From a virus (lineage: Duplodnaviria; Caudoviricetes): a stretch of 64,000 nucleotides of DNA. Numbering within the stretch: position 1 is the stretch's first letter; each line of letters opens with the position of its first letter. The notes beneath the pieces were generated by a model, which made no database searches, had not been told where the DNA came from, and saw only the letters and a program-made list of their open reading frames with translations. The translations under genes were made by a program, and so were the position numbers. Location of the stretch: IMG/VR virus record IMGVR_UViG_3300021255_000109, positions 96,001 through 160,000 of that record, one strand, 5' to 3'. Shown here in pieces: positions 28,432 to 41,200 of the stretch.

Positions 28432-29049
28432 ATGGGAACACCATTTAAAGATATTTATAATCGCTTTCTTGGAAAAATTACTGACGATATGTATATGGAA
28501 TTAACTCCAAAAGATACAGTTAAAGATTTACAACGTTTACTTATTAATGCAATACCCGATTTTGAATTTCCAAGAACAGATCTTGGAGATTATGAAATCA
28601 AAGTCACTCGAATGCGCGAAGATGAAGTAACTGAAGATGATTTTATTATTGGTGTTATTTGGAATGAATTGGAAGATCCAGAAATACCAAACATACCAGA
28701 TGTTATTGTTGAGCAATCAACTTTTGCAAATGAATTAACTTCAGAAGAAATAAATATTTTAGCTATTCTTATGATGATAGGGTGGTTGCAGAGACAAGTT
28801 ACATCTATTGAAAATGTTAGAATGAAATATAGTGGTGCTGATTTTAAAATGACTTCTTAGGCTAACCATTTAGCTAAATTGTTATCCTTATTATCTGAAT
28901 GTCATCGTCAATCGCATCATATGCAAAGACTTTATAAAAGAAGAAGACCTAGCACCGAAGAAGATTTAGAGGTTACTAAAAAGACAACTGGACCTTTTGC
29001 TTCTAACTGGGATGTCTTTAAATATGGAGTTTATAATAGTGGTGACTGA
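28432..29049 (+). CDS. Head-tail adaptor/connector (205 aa, 1 TAG=Gln)
   Basis: T.F..IY..FL.KI.D...; TS(Q)ANHL; function inferred from position. Confidence 0.6.
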
Positions 29050-29350
29050 TAATTTCCAAATTACTTATTCTAAAAATTCAATAGATCAGAATGTAACGCG
29101 TTTAACTAACCAGCTTTGGAAATTAATTCCAATGCGTGAGCATCATGAAGATTGGGAAAAACAACTTGATACAGTTAATATTGAAATTGCAGGATTAGGC
29201 ATTATGTTTGCGGCGATCCCGCAATTTCTCTGTTTACGCGCAAAATTAGAAGGTTTAAAAGTATTAAGTGATACTGCTTTTGATTTATATAGAAAAACTG
29301 TATTTGAGTGTATCAGTTTATTACAAGAGGTAAAGAAAAATGTCAGATAA
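29039..29350 (+). CDS. Hypothetical protein (about 103 aa)
   Basis: GTG start after GGAG; ends at TAA. Confidence 0.65.
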   Translation: MVTDNFQITYSKNSIDQNVTRLTNQLWKLIPMREHHEDWEKQLDTVNIEIAGLGIMFAAIPQFLCLRAKLEGLKVLSDTAFDLYRKTVFECISLLQEVKKNVR

Positions 29351-30461
29351 ACCAAAAATGTATAATACTGCTTAGCAGCTTATGTCGGGTCGATTATTTG
29401 GCACTCCTGATGGTGATACGCAAAATGCAGAAGCTGAACAAAAATTTAAGCTACCAACCTTCTCAGTAGAACGGCTTAATGAAATGAACAAAGATTTGCT
29501 ATATCATGGCGGTCCAGGTCAGCAAAGCCGTATGATTCGAGATAAGCGAAGAACATTAAATAGAGCATTATTATATTCATATCAAGGTGCTTTTGTAAAG
29601 AAGATACCCCATGAAGGTGAAGAGTTTATGGAGGATGGTGAGGAAGGCATGTTAATTCGCGCACTCATAAATCCTGATAAACTCAAAATGGATTATGATG
29701 ATAAAATCATATCTGTGGGGTTTGAACATAAATTCAAGCAAGGCGATGTTTTTGAATGGGTTAATACTAAGTCCTACTGGATAGTAAGACTTTAGGATTT
29801 AGATGAATTGGCATATTTTAGGGGTGAAATCCGTAGATGTGATTATACAATCGCATGGAAGGATGGGGAAGGCAACGTTCACAGCACGTATGCTGCAATA
29901 AGAGGACCAGTGGAGACTAAAATTAACTATATTCAGAAGCATTCAATTAGTATAGATACTCCAAATCATTCATTAAATATTTATATGCCTAAGACTAAAT
30001 ATACTTTAGAGTATTTTAAACGTTATGCTAAATTCTATTTATAGGATTTAGAAGATGGCGATACGAATATTTGTTGGAGAGTAGAGGCGACTGATTCCAT
30101 TTCTACTCCTGGTATACTAGAGTTAACTGCAGTTGAATATTACGCTAATGAGTCGGAGGATGACTTAGAGAATGGAATTGCGGGAGGCTTAATTGTCCAA
30201 AATGTTGAGCCAGAAGTAGAAGATACTAAAAATACTATTGTTGGTAATGTATTTATTAAGCCTAAACAAGAAGTAGAGTATTATTTTGATGGACCACTTC
30301 GCGCACATTGGAGTTTTGACAGTAAACTACCTATTAAAGCTATGTTAAATACTGATGATATTCGTAGGATTCGAATACAATGGGTATCTAATTATAGCGG
30401 ATAGTTTGAATTAAAATATGGTGATTATACTAAAACTATTGTAGTAGAATCACTATTTTGA
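29340..30461 (+). CDS. Neck/head-closure protein (373 aa, 4 TAG=Gln)
   Basis: Fragments 29382 and 29808 in frame; function inferred from position. Confidence 0.6.
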
Positions 30462-30477
30462 GTAAAAGGAGTATTAC

Positions 30478-31077
30478 ATGAAGAGATTGGTTTATTAGTA
30501 TCCTCGATCAAGCTTTCTTTCTGTTGATAAAGACATGAACTTAATCATGGAAAAATTGTTTGCTAATTAGAGGTTGAAAAAATTATTATATTATACGACA
30601 AGGGACGCATTAGATCAACCAAATGTATCTGATGAATAGACAATAGAAATGGTTGGTAAAAATATAAAAAATGTACCTAAATTATATGTTGATAATAGTG
30701 TATTAACTTATATAATTGTAAATTTTGATAATTTTACTCCAAATCGTACCAATCCAGAATTTAGAGATAATATTATTGAATTTGATATTATATGTCATTT
30801 TGATTAGTGGACTTTAAAAGACTTTCAATTACGTCCATACAAAATTGCGGCTGAGATTGATTCAATGTTTAATGATTAGAAATTAACAGGCATTGGAGAA
30901 ATTCATTTCTTAGGTGCAAGTCAAATTTTATTAACCGATGAATATGCTGGCTTATGCTTAATGTATGAAGCTATACATGGGGAAGAAGATAAGAAAGACG
31001 CACCAGTTGGTGCAGATGATGGAGATATCATTGAGAATTTCAATGGTGTCTTTAATACTAGACCTTGGTAGAAATAA
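30478..31077 (+). CDS. Tail completion/terminator-like protein (199 aa, 6 TAG=Gln; absent from ORF track)
   Basis: RBS AAAGGAG; open with TAG=Gln; FDIICHFD(Q)W...RPYKIA.EID. Confidence 0.7.
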
Positions 31078-31814
31078 TGGCAGATCATAGATTGGCTTTG
31101 ATGTGCGGAATTGATATACCAATTCCGGAGTGCAGATTGATCGCCCATTAGCCAACATTAAGTGATATAGCATACATTGGAGAAACAGATTTTTTTGTAG
31201 GGATGCAATGTTTATGTATCAGTAAAAGTATGATCGTTTAGGACGAATCTCTTCTAGCAGATACGAATAATTTTTAGATATTTATGACAGTAATGTCTGA
31301 GAAAGAGACAAAAAGTAAGAAAGATGCAACTTTATAGGTATTGCAATTATTATTTCCATCATATAAGATAGTGTTTGCCCCACGTTCGTTAATATTTTCT
31401 TCCAATGGTGAGACATTAACTGTAGATGAAAATAATTTCGATGCCTTACAAGATGTAATGAAAGAAATTTTTTGTTTTAATAATGGTCCAATGGACTAGT
31501 AGGCATTTAACCCTGGCGACGCTAAGTCACGTGAAATTGCGAACAAGATCTTAAGAGGTCGGTAGCGCGTCGCCGCGCAGTAGTATGGTAAAGAAGGATC
31601 TAATGGTAGCGCTTTTAGTAAGTACATTTCTATTCTTACTATTGGTACTCATACTATAGACATTCACTGTGCTACGAAATTAACTATGTTTTAGTTGTAT
31701 GATTTAATTGAAAGGTATTACTTATATGTTAATTGGGATATGGATGTCCGCACTCGATTAGCAGGAGGTAAACCTGAATCTAAACCAGATGATTGGATGA
31801 AAAATATTCATTAA
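31077..31814 (+). CDS. Tail assembly protein (245 aa, 9 TAG=Gln; absent from ORF track)
   Basis: TAATG-coupled; H(Q)PTL, TMF(Q)LYD; fills the gap exactly. Confidence 0.7.
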
Positions 31815-31837
31815 AAATACACAAGGAGGAATAGACC

Positions 31838-32854
31838 ATGAAATTTGGCGTACGCGAAATTTGCGATGTCGTTTTAAAAGCAAAAGCGGCTCAAAGAGTA
31901 GGTAATAAGATTTTTTATAAGAATGAGCCAGTTATCTATTTCGATACTTTAAAGACTTCTAGTTTAGAAGGTGCTGCTACTACTGTATATGCACAAGGTG
32001 GTCGTGGTAACTCTCGTCTTATTGCATGGGAAGGTGAGCGTACTGTTACATTCACTATGGAAGATGCTTTAATTTCCCCTGCTGGATTTGCAATTCTTTC
32101 TGGCGCAGGCTTAATTGATGCAGATAATATTCATGAGCATCATAAGATTAAGCAGCATCAAACAGAGCAGACTGATGCAGTTGTTACTGAGTCTACTGGC
32201 GTTTATGGTGAGAGCGATTACGTTGTTACCGGTGTTGATATTTATCTTCAAGAGAAGCCATTTAATAAAGCTGGAGAAGATTATATTTATGTAATGGCAC
32301 TTAATGATGGTGAAGTTGTTACTGAGCCTTATATTCCTGCAGAGGTTGCAGAAGAGCCAGAAGATGAAGGCGAGTTCGCTGGAATGTATAAGATCTCTTT
32401 AAAGAGTGATGATGATCTTGAGTTCTTCTACAATGGTGCTGTTGTTCTTGTAGACTACTATGTTGAGAGAACCGCAGGAGCACAACAGATTGAAATTACA
32501 CCTGATAAGTTTGGTGGAAATTATTATCTTGAGGCTTCTACATTATTCCGTGATACTAACGGTGTTGATTTACCGGCTGAATTTATCATTCCTAACTGCA
32601 AGATTCAGTCTAACTTTACTTTCACAATGGCTCCATCTGGAGATCCATCAAGCTTTACATTCACAATTGACGCATTCCCTGACTATACAAGATTTGATAA
32701 GACTCATAAGGTTCTTGCCGCTCTTCAAATCATTGATGTAAATCGTGAGGAAGCTCTTATTACTAGACGTCATACTCGTCCAGGTGTGGCTGAAGTTGTA
32801 AAGAATGAAGCTGAGCGTGATAGAACTTGGACAGAATATGAGCCAAATAACTGA
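31838..32854 (+). CDS. Major tail tube protein (338 aa, no TAG)
   Basis: KFG.RE.CDV, LKTSSLE, GG.GN..LI.W, GDPSSFTF motifs; position. Confidence 0.75.
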   Translation: MKFGVREICDVVLKAKAAQRVGNKIFYKNEPVIYFDTLKTSSLEGAATTVYAQGGRGNSRLIAWEGERTVTFTMEDALISPAGFAILSGAGLIDADNIHEHHKIKQHQTEQTDAVVTESTGVYGESDYVVTGVDIYLQEKPFNKAGEDYIYVMALNDGEVVTEPYIPAEVAEEPEDEGEFAGMYKISLKSDDDLEFFYNGAVVLVDYYVERTAGAQQIEITPDKFGGNYYLEASTLFRDTNGVDLPAEFIIPNCKIQSNFTFTMAPSGDPSSFTFTIDAFPDYTRFDKTHKVLAALQIIDVNREEALITRRHTRPGVAEVVKNEAERDRTWTEYEPNN

Positions 32855-32860
32855 TAAAAT

Positions 32861-33226
32861 ATGATTATCCGTACAAGCATGGCAGATCGTGCGGCGACTG
32901 TTCATACGGTCGCTGCACCTAAGTTATCTACAAGGGAACAAAGGCGTCTTGAACACACAAAACATCCGGAAGGAAGATTAAGTCCGATAGTTAAAAAACC
33001 TGTAGAAGAATAGCCTATTATAGAAGAAGCTGAAATACGGGTGGATGATATTATAGAAAATAATGAACCTGCTGAACCAGTGGTTGAAGAACCAGTCATT
33101 GAGAACGCAGAACCTGGAACCGCAGTAATCAGATCAAAAGCTTTAGAAGAAATTAATAATTCATTTAAGGCTACTCCTGATGCAGTTCCTAGAAAGAAAT
33201 ATAAAGTAGTTTCACTTGGTGGGTGA
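32861..33226 (+). CDS. Hypothetical protein (121 aa, 1 TAG=Gln)
   Basis: In frame with fragment 33041; weak RBS. Confidence 0.5.
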
Positions 33227-33235
33227 ATAATTTAA

Positions 33236-33268
33236 GGGGAGATATGGAAACATATCTCCCCATTTTTT
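33236..33268 (+). terminator. Intrinsic terminator
   Basis: GGGGAGATATG-GAAA-CATATCTCCCC plus T-tract. Confidence 0.85.
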
Positions 33269-33290
33269 GCGTTAAAGGAGGGAATCAAAA

Positions 33291-34517
33291 ATGAAAATGC
33301 ATGACCTATATTCTGGATTAATTCGTAGTGATTTAAGAAAAGGTCAAAATGGTGAAAATTTTTGGGGACGTTATAATGAATTAGACAATACATTTATTCC
33401 TGATTCTTCATTACTTCTTCATGTGCAAGTGAATAATTTAGCGACTTTAGAAACTTATAATGAAAATTATGATATTGCTAATAAGTTTCTTTTTGAAGCT
33501 GAATCATTATTATCTTTAGCAGAAAATAATGAAACTTAGTCATTAAATCAAGTATATAGCAGGATTATAAATTTAATGAATAGTGGTATAAAAGAATCAA
33601 AAATAAATCCATATGAACATAAAAATAAAAAATTAACAAAAGATGAACAAACTAAAAAAATAAAAAGTATTTTAGAGGAATTAGAAAACTTATTAAAAGC
33701 AATTAATACTTCCGAGCCTTTATAGGCATAGATGATTGCTACTTTACAAACTAAATTAGAAAATTATAATATAAAAAATAATAATGATAATTATGTTAAA
33801 GAAAAAGCAGATGAAATTGAAATGTTAGCTATGGAATAGTTAAATAAAAAAGAAGGTTTTAGATCAATTGTAACTGGATCTTGGACAGATTCTTTAGGAG
33901 AACAATTAATAGAAGATGCTTTTGTTTTTAATGAAAACGATAATATTCAATTTAAAAATGGTGTATTAAGTTATTATATAAAAAAAGGTAATAATTCAAA
34001 AAAAGAATTACGTAGAACTAATTCTATAAAAGATTTTTTAACATAGCTAGATGAGTTAAATGGAACAAACGTTTCAGTTTCTGTTTCTGATGAACTTTAT
34101 AATGCATTATAGACTGCAGCAGAAGTTGCTGTTTAGGTTAAATCTGGACAAAGACAACCTCTTTTAAATAAAACTGTCAATAGGAATACTATTTCTTTAT
34201 CAAAAGTAGATTTTCAGCCAATATTATTATGGGAATTATTTGAAAAAGATATGAAAGATGGAACAAAATATTTTAAATCAGAAAATGAATAGAAATCTGA
34301 AGATCTTAAAGCTTTAGCAAATTATAGTTTATCTAGAAATATAGCATATACTAATATAATGAAAAATTAGGTGTATTTTACTGAAGAAGGACTTGTTTCA
34401 GCTTCTTAGTGGATGAGAATTAATAAAAAATATTTAGTTTTTAATCCAGATGTTTTAAGTGTTTCTTAGAATTTTCTGATTTGTAATAGGCCTTATTCTT
34501 TTAAATCGGTTACTTGA
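33291..34517 (+). CDS. AT-rich hypothetical protein, possible PD-(D/E)xK (QxK) nuclease fold (408 aa, about 11 TAG=Gln)
   Basis: AGGAGG RBS; single open frame with TAG=Gln; E...LIEDAF...AV(Q)VK. Confidence 0.65.
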
Positions 34518-34542
34518 CAAATTCAAAAATTTTTATTATAAT
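34514..34542 (+). promoter_or_regulatory. Perfect sigma-A promoter inside the tail operon
   Basis: TTGACA-17-TATAAT. Confidence 0.75.
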
Positions 34543-34583
34543 ATTTATAAGAAAGATTGAGTTAAATAAAAAGGAGAAGCAAA

Positions 34584-35108
34584 ATGGCAAAAGTTGGATT
34601 ATCTAAACTTGGTCTTAAAGTAAATACTAATATTATTCATTTTAAATGGAATGACCAAGATATTGAAATAAAAGCATATTTACCTGTTTAGGAGAAATTA
34701 GATTTATGTGCGCGCATTATTAATGAAAGCGTTGATGATCAAAATTTTTATAATCCTGGACGTGTTGCAGTTTATCAAGCGATTGAAATTGTATTAGCAT
34801 ACACAAATATTTCAGTGACAGAAAAGCAGAAAGAAGATCCTTGTAAATTATTTGATTTATTTACTTCAAGTGGCTTAATTAGTGAAATATATAATCGTAT
34901 TAATAGCAATGAGATCGCCGCAATCACCAATATTGTGGAAGGTGCTATTGAAAATATTTATAAGTATAAAAATTCAGCACTTGGTATTATGCAATCTATT
35001 GCTGATAATTATAGCGATTTAGATTTAGATGCTGCTAAAATTCAAGAAAAATTAGCAGATAATAACAATTTAACCCTATTAAAAGAAGTAATGACTAAAT
35101 TGGGCTAA
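34584..35108 (+). CDS. Probable tail assembly chaperone (174 aa, 1 TAG=Gln)
   Basis: Directly upstream of the tape measure gene; YLPV(Q)EK; in frame with 34815. Confidence 0.6.
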
Positions 35109-35155
35109 TTAAAAACATTTATCTAACTTATTTTTTATATAGGTTAGGAGTAATC

Positions 35156-35192
35156 GGGAGTAGAGATTATCTCTACTCCCTTTTATTTTTTA
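35156..35192 (+). terminator. Intrinsic terminator
   Basis: GGGAGTAGAG-ATTAT-CTCTACTCCC plus T-tract. Confidence 0.8.
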
Positions 35193-35234
35193 TTTTGCAA
35201 AATAAAAAATTTTGGAGAGAAAGGAGCAATTATA

Positions 35235-38200
35235 ATGGCAGATAGAAAATTGTCTATTAGTCTTTAGTTTATTTCTGATACTCAAAAAGCAAAGGCTGAA
35301 ATTAAAGATTTACAGAAGTCATTAAATGATCTTTCTTTAGGTAAAAATACAAATAAATCTTTACTTACTTAGGAAATTAAAAGTGCTACAGAGGCTGCAA
35401 CTAAGTTGTAGATTGCATTAAACAGTGCTGTTAATGTTAATACTGGTAAATTAGATTTAAGTAAATTTCAAGAATCTCTTAAAGCAAGTAATATGTCTTT
35501 AGCAGATTATTAGAGAGAATTATTAAATTTAGGTCCAGATGGTGAACGAACATTTAGACAGCTGGCTTAGGCCATTACTGATGCAGAAGTACCATTAAAA
35601 AGAACAAATTCTGTCTTAAAAGAATTTGGAGAGACATTATCTAATACTGTAAAATGGCAAATTTCATCTTCAGCTATTCATGGTTTTATGGGAGCCATTT
35701 AGTCAGCGTATGGATATGCACAAGACTTAAATGAATCTTTAAATAAAATTCAGATTGTTACAGGTCATAATATAGATTATATGAGCCGCTTTGCGGACCA
35801 TGCCAATAAAGCAGCTTAGGCTTTAAGTTCAACTACTTTAGATTATACTGATGCTGCATTGATTTACTATCAATAGGGTTTATCAGATAAGGAAGTGCAA
35901 AAACGTACTGATATTACTTTAAAGATGGCTAATGCCGCAGGCGAAAGTGCGCAAACTATTTCACAACAATTAACGGCGGTATGGAATAACTTCGCAAAAG
36001 GCGGAGAAAATCTTGAGCATTTTGCAGACGTTATGACTAAATTAGGTGCAGAAACTGCATCAAGTACTTCTGAGATTGCTGATGGTCTTGAAAAGTTTGC
36101 TGCTATTGCTGATACTGTTGGTTTATCTTATGAGTATGCGGCTTCTGCTTTAGCTACTGTAACTGCTACAACACGTCAAAGCGCCGATGTAGTTGGTACA
36201 GCTTTTAAAACTTTATTTGCACGTATTCAAGGCTTAAATTTAGGTGAGACTCTTGAAGATGGTGTCGATTTAAATAAATATTCACAAGCTCTTGAAAAAG
36301 TTGGTGTTGACGTTTTAGATGCTAATGGCAAGTTAATTGCCATGGATGATATTCTTGATAGACTAGGTGAGCGTTGGGGAGAACTTACTAATGCTTAGCA
36401 GGTAGCATTGGCAGAGACTGTTGCTGGTACTCGTCAATATTCTCAAGTAATGGCTTTAATGGGCAATTGGGATTTCTTTAAAGAAAATTTGAATCGTGCA
36501 TAGAATTCTGATGGAGCATTACAAGAGCAAGCAGATATTTATGCACAAAGTTGGGAAGCCGCTAAAAAACGTGTATAGGCAGCAGCAGAAGGAATTTATA
36601 AAAGTTTAATTAACGATCAATTCTTTATTGATTTAAATAAAGGATTAGAAAAAGCTTTAAATGGAATTAATTTATTTATTCAGGGAATCGGTGGAGCAAA
36701 AGGTGCAATAACAGCATTATCTGGTGCTGTATTAACTTTATTTGGTGATAAAATAGCTGCCACTTTATCAAGCACCGCTTATAATATTAGTATGACATTT
36801 AAATCAGCACAAGATAGAATGATACAAGTAAAACAAGAAGTTAATCAATTAGTTGATAGTTATTATAGCGATATTGATACTTCTGAAAATGGTAATTTTA
36901 GAATATTTGCAGATGCTATTAAAGCAACTACTGCTGAACAAATGGCATATATTCAAAATGCTGAAAAAATGTCAGAAGCTGAGCGTCATATTAATGAAAA
37001 AATAATTGAACGTCATTAGTTAATGGTATCTAATATTGAATAGTTAACTACAGAATTAGCCGCATTAGAGAAAGCAAGCAATAATTCTGATTAGAGATTT
37101 AATTTTGCAACTCAAAAAGTAACAGATGAAGATATGCTTAATGCTAGTAAGCTTAATGCCAGTGAGCTTAATGAATATTTAGGTCTTTTACGTGAAGAAT
37201 TTAATGAAGTAAATTCGCAAGTTAGTGAATTTGCAACATTATCAGAAGTTGCATCAGCAGGTGCGGATCATTTTAAAGATAAAACAGTTGATGGATCTAA
37301 AGCTTTAGAATATTTAGATTAGTTATTAAAAGATAACGGCATTGATATTAATAGTATGTCAAATTCAGCTTAGAGTGAGTTTAGTAAAATTAAAGATATT
37401 TTTGAGAAAGTTGCTAATGGTGGAAAATCAGTTGGAGATGCATTTACTGAGTTGACAGCAAAAAGTGTTGAACTTGATTCAGAAACTTCAATGTTATCTG
37501 AAAGAATGGGAAGACAAATTGCTGATATGGAAAATTCCGTAACAACTACAATGAAAGATGGAGATGCAAAAACAAGACTATTAAACGCGATTAAACTATT
37601 ATCACAAAGTCATCAAGAATATAATGAAAAATTAAGAGAGATAAAATAGGCTTATGCAAATTTAGCGGCTGGTACTGAAGATCATGCGAAAAAGATGGAA
37701 GCAGTATAGAAGTCTTATGTAAAAGGATCTTAGGCTGTAGTGGCTTTTGGGCGTTCTGTGACCACTGGTATGAGTGCGGTTAATTCTGTTGCATCATTGA
37801 TTAATACTTGGAAAGATGGACAAAAAGATTTAGGAGAGTAGATTGCTGCTACTACTTCTGCTCTTGGAATGTTATTACCAATGGCAGTTACTTTTATTCA
37901 AACTTTAAAAACTATGAGTCCAACTTTACGCGTGATTTCTATTGCATTAACGGCAATTTCAGCGATTGGAACAATAGTTGGTAATATATTTAAAAGTATC
38001 AAAGATAATAGCCCAGAATAGCAATTAGAAAATTTAAAATAGGCAAATGATCAATTAAGTGAAAGTATTGCAAATGTTGATGAAAAGTATAAAAAATTAA
38101 CTGATCATTTTGATAAATATAAATCAATTACTAAAGCTTTGTCAGAATGTCAAAAAGGTAGTGATGAGTGGTATGAAAGTTTAAAAGATGTTAATACAAT

Positions 38201-41200
38201 TACACAAACTTTATTAGATGATTTCCCAGAATTAATGAGATATGGTTTTGAATATAATGAAGAGTTAGGCCGTTATGTTGTTGCTGAATAGTCAATAGAA
38301 TCATTACAGTCTTAGTTACAAGCACAAAAAGATTCATTAGAAATGGCTAAATCAATTAATTTAATAACGCAAGGATCGTTTCAATATGATAAAGACGTAT
38401 AGACGGCTGAATCAAATTATACAAAGAATTTATTAAGTTAGATTAATGAATTATATGGTACGAATAATTTTGCATTAGAAAAATTAAATTCATATATGCA
38501 AGCGGGATGGATGAATAATGAAGATTTAGTATACCTAATTGATCATTTTAATGAATTAGTGCAGTTAGATAATTATGATTTGGCTGATAAATTAACAGAT
38601 ACTTTTGATGGATTAACGTCGGAAACAGCGTCAATACTTGGTGATAGTCTTTTAGAATCTTTTGAAACTAAATTAAAATAGTTTGGACAACAACGTATGA
38701 CTGAAGTCGCCAAGCAAGAATAGGATAATATAGATAATCAATTATCTATTTATGATAAACAAAAAGGCGATTTAGAAGTATTAATAGCAAGAGAACGAAT
38801 GGCATTAGGAGAAGAACTTGGCAAATTAGATACTCAAGAAAAATTAGATAATTATGTTAATAATCATTATGCAGATACACAAGCATTGATAAAACAATCT
38901 AATGCAGCACAAGTAACTAATGAAGAGGCGGCAAATGCTTAGTCAAAAGCTAAAGTATCTTATAATGATGCAGTAAAAGCTTATCAAGATGTTGAAGATA
39001 AACGCAATCGTGATTTTTATTTATTATATTTACAGCGTGCAGCTGATATGATGGCAGGTATGCTAGCAGATAGAGATATTGAAGATAGAAATCAACAATT
39101 TAAAAATGATCGTAATCGAGAGTTAAGAGATCAATTGCTTGAAGTTAATGAATTGAGTAATGATGATGCAATAAAAAATTTAGGATCTGACGTAGCAGTA
39201 GTTGTGTCTTAGATGAAGAATATAGGCGGCGCGTATACTAAATATGTTAATATGTTATCTCCTGAAGCATTAGAGGCAGATCGTTTTTTAATAGAACAAA
39301 ACTATGCTGATGAACTACAAAAATTATAGTAGGATGTTGATATTAAAAAAGAAGAAATGGATGCAGCTAATAATGTTGCAGAAACAGCAAAAAATAATTA
39401 TGAAGAAGCTACAGCCGATACTATTCAATCAAAAACAGAAAAATTAATTAGTTTAACTGCTCAACTGGGAGAAGTATAGAATAAAATAGTAGATTTGGAA
39501 GAAAAACAAGTAAAATTATATACACCACAATAGGCTAGTGCTAAAGGAGTTACAAGCACATACCAAGATGAATTAGCAGTAGCTTAGAATAAATAGATTA
39601 CAACAGGAGCTGCTGCCGTTTCAACAATGGTAAGTATTTTAGACGAAGAACTTGCTACTACTTATGGGAAAAATGAAACATTTTGGTCAAATGCATATTT
39701 AGCCATTCAAGATGATATTCTAGATCTTACTGATAAGACATTGAATGAAATTACTGAAGGCAATGAAGATTTATAGAAAAAAATTGCTGAAAGTTATTTA
39801 TAGACTTTAAATGAAAATTATACTTTTACAGCAGTTAAATCTGATGGTACTATTGCATATAAAGATGAAAAAGGTGATAAGAAAGAACTTGAAGTTGGAG
39901 ATAAAAATTATATAGGATTACAACAATATGCTTTAGCCATGACAAAGTAGTATGATAAAGAAACTGGATTATTTGATGAAGATAAATTTTTAGATTGGTT
40001 AATGCCATCAGCTAAAAAGCAAGCTAATGCTATAGAAACTGCTTTAACAGGACAAATTGAATCAGCTACAAGAGAAAGTCTTGAATATATAATTCGTTTA
40101 AATGAAAGTGGAAATAAATTAACTCAAGCTACTTATAAAGATATTACAGATAGCTATGCGGCGCTTAAAGATTTAAATATTACAGGATTAGAAGAATTAG
40201 ATTATCAAGAAAAAAATAAGTTACAACATATTCGTGGCGATACTTATAAGATAATACATCAAATAAATGATGATATTGTTGATATGTTTGGAGAAAATGT
40301 ATCTGTTGAAGTCTTATCATACTTTTAGGATTTATTTGACTTTACTGATAAGTTACCAGATGATGGTGTACAAAGCGAGAAATTAAGAACATATTTTAAT
40401 TCGATTTTAAGCACACTAAACGAAGAAGAGTAGTTAGATTTTCTTAATACTTTTGCAAATATAGATTGGACTAAAGTTACTTCAGTAGAATAGATGTAGG
40501 AAATGTTATCAGGATTGGGTGTTGATTATGAAAAATTAAATATTGATGTTGCAACTTTTGTAGAAACAATGATGGGATTTAATTATTTACCTACTACATA
40601 TGTTGAATTAAATGATTTATTAACAAACATAGGAAAAACATTAGAAAAAATAGAATAGGGAGATATTATTGATGATGATCAATATGCAAAATTAAAAGAA
40701 TTATTTGGTGATGATGGAGATTTACAAAAATTCTTTTGGAAAACAGCTAATGGTTGGATGCTAACAGGGAATCCTGAAGAACTTGAAGATATGTATATTA
40801 CAGAGGGCATAGAAAAATTATAGAAGATGAGAATTGAGCAAGCAGCTAGCGAATAGATTGTTGTAGATGACAAAGGTAATATAATAAGCGGTGTAAACTC
40901 GGAAGAAGTTAGTAATTATTTACATGATGTATTAGGATGGGATGAAGAAGCTTTAAATAATAGTGAAGCACGAGAAGATGCTGCAAAAAAATTAGTTGAT
41001 GCATCTGAAAATATTAATATTAATATAGAAGACGCAGAACGAGCATTGTTATCTGTTGTTGATTCTTCAGATCGTTTAACTGAAGTATTAGAAATTTTTG
41101 AACATAATGGATACGAATTAAGTAAAGGTACTGATCCAAAGGCTTTTGAAACATTTTTACGTGCGCGAGAAGCATAGAATAAAGCTGGAGAAGGAGCTGG

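Noticed and set aside
34584-35235. Lambda G/GT-type frameshift in the tail chaperone
   Set aside because: No convincing slippery site with a downstream open frame; a terminator follows the gene.
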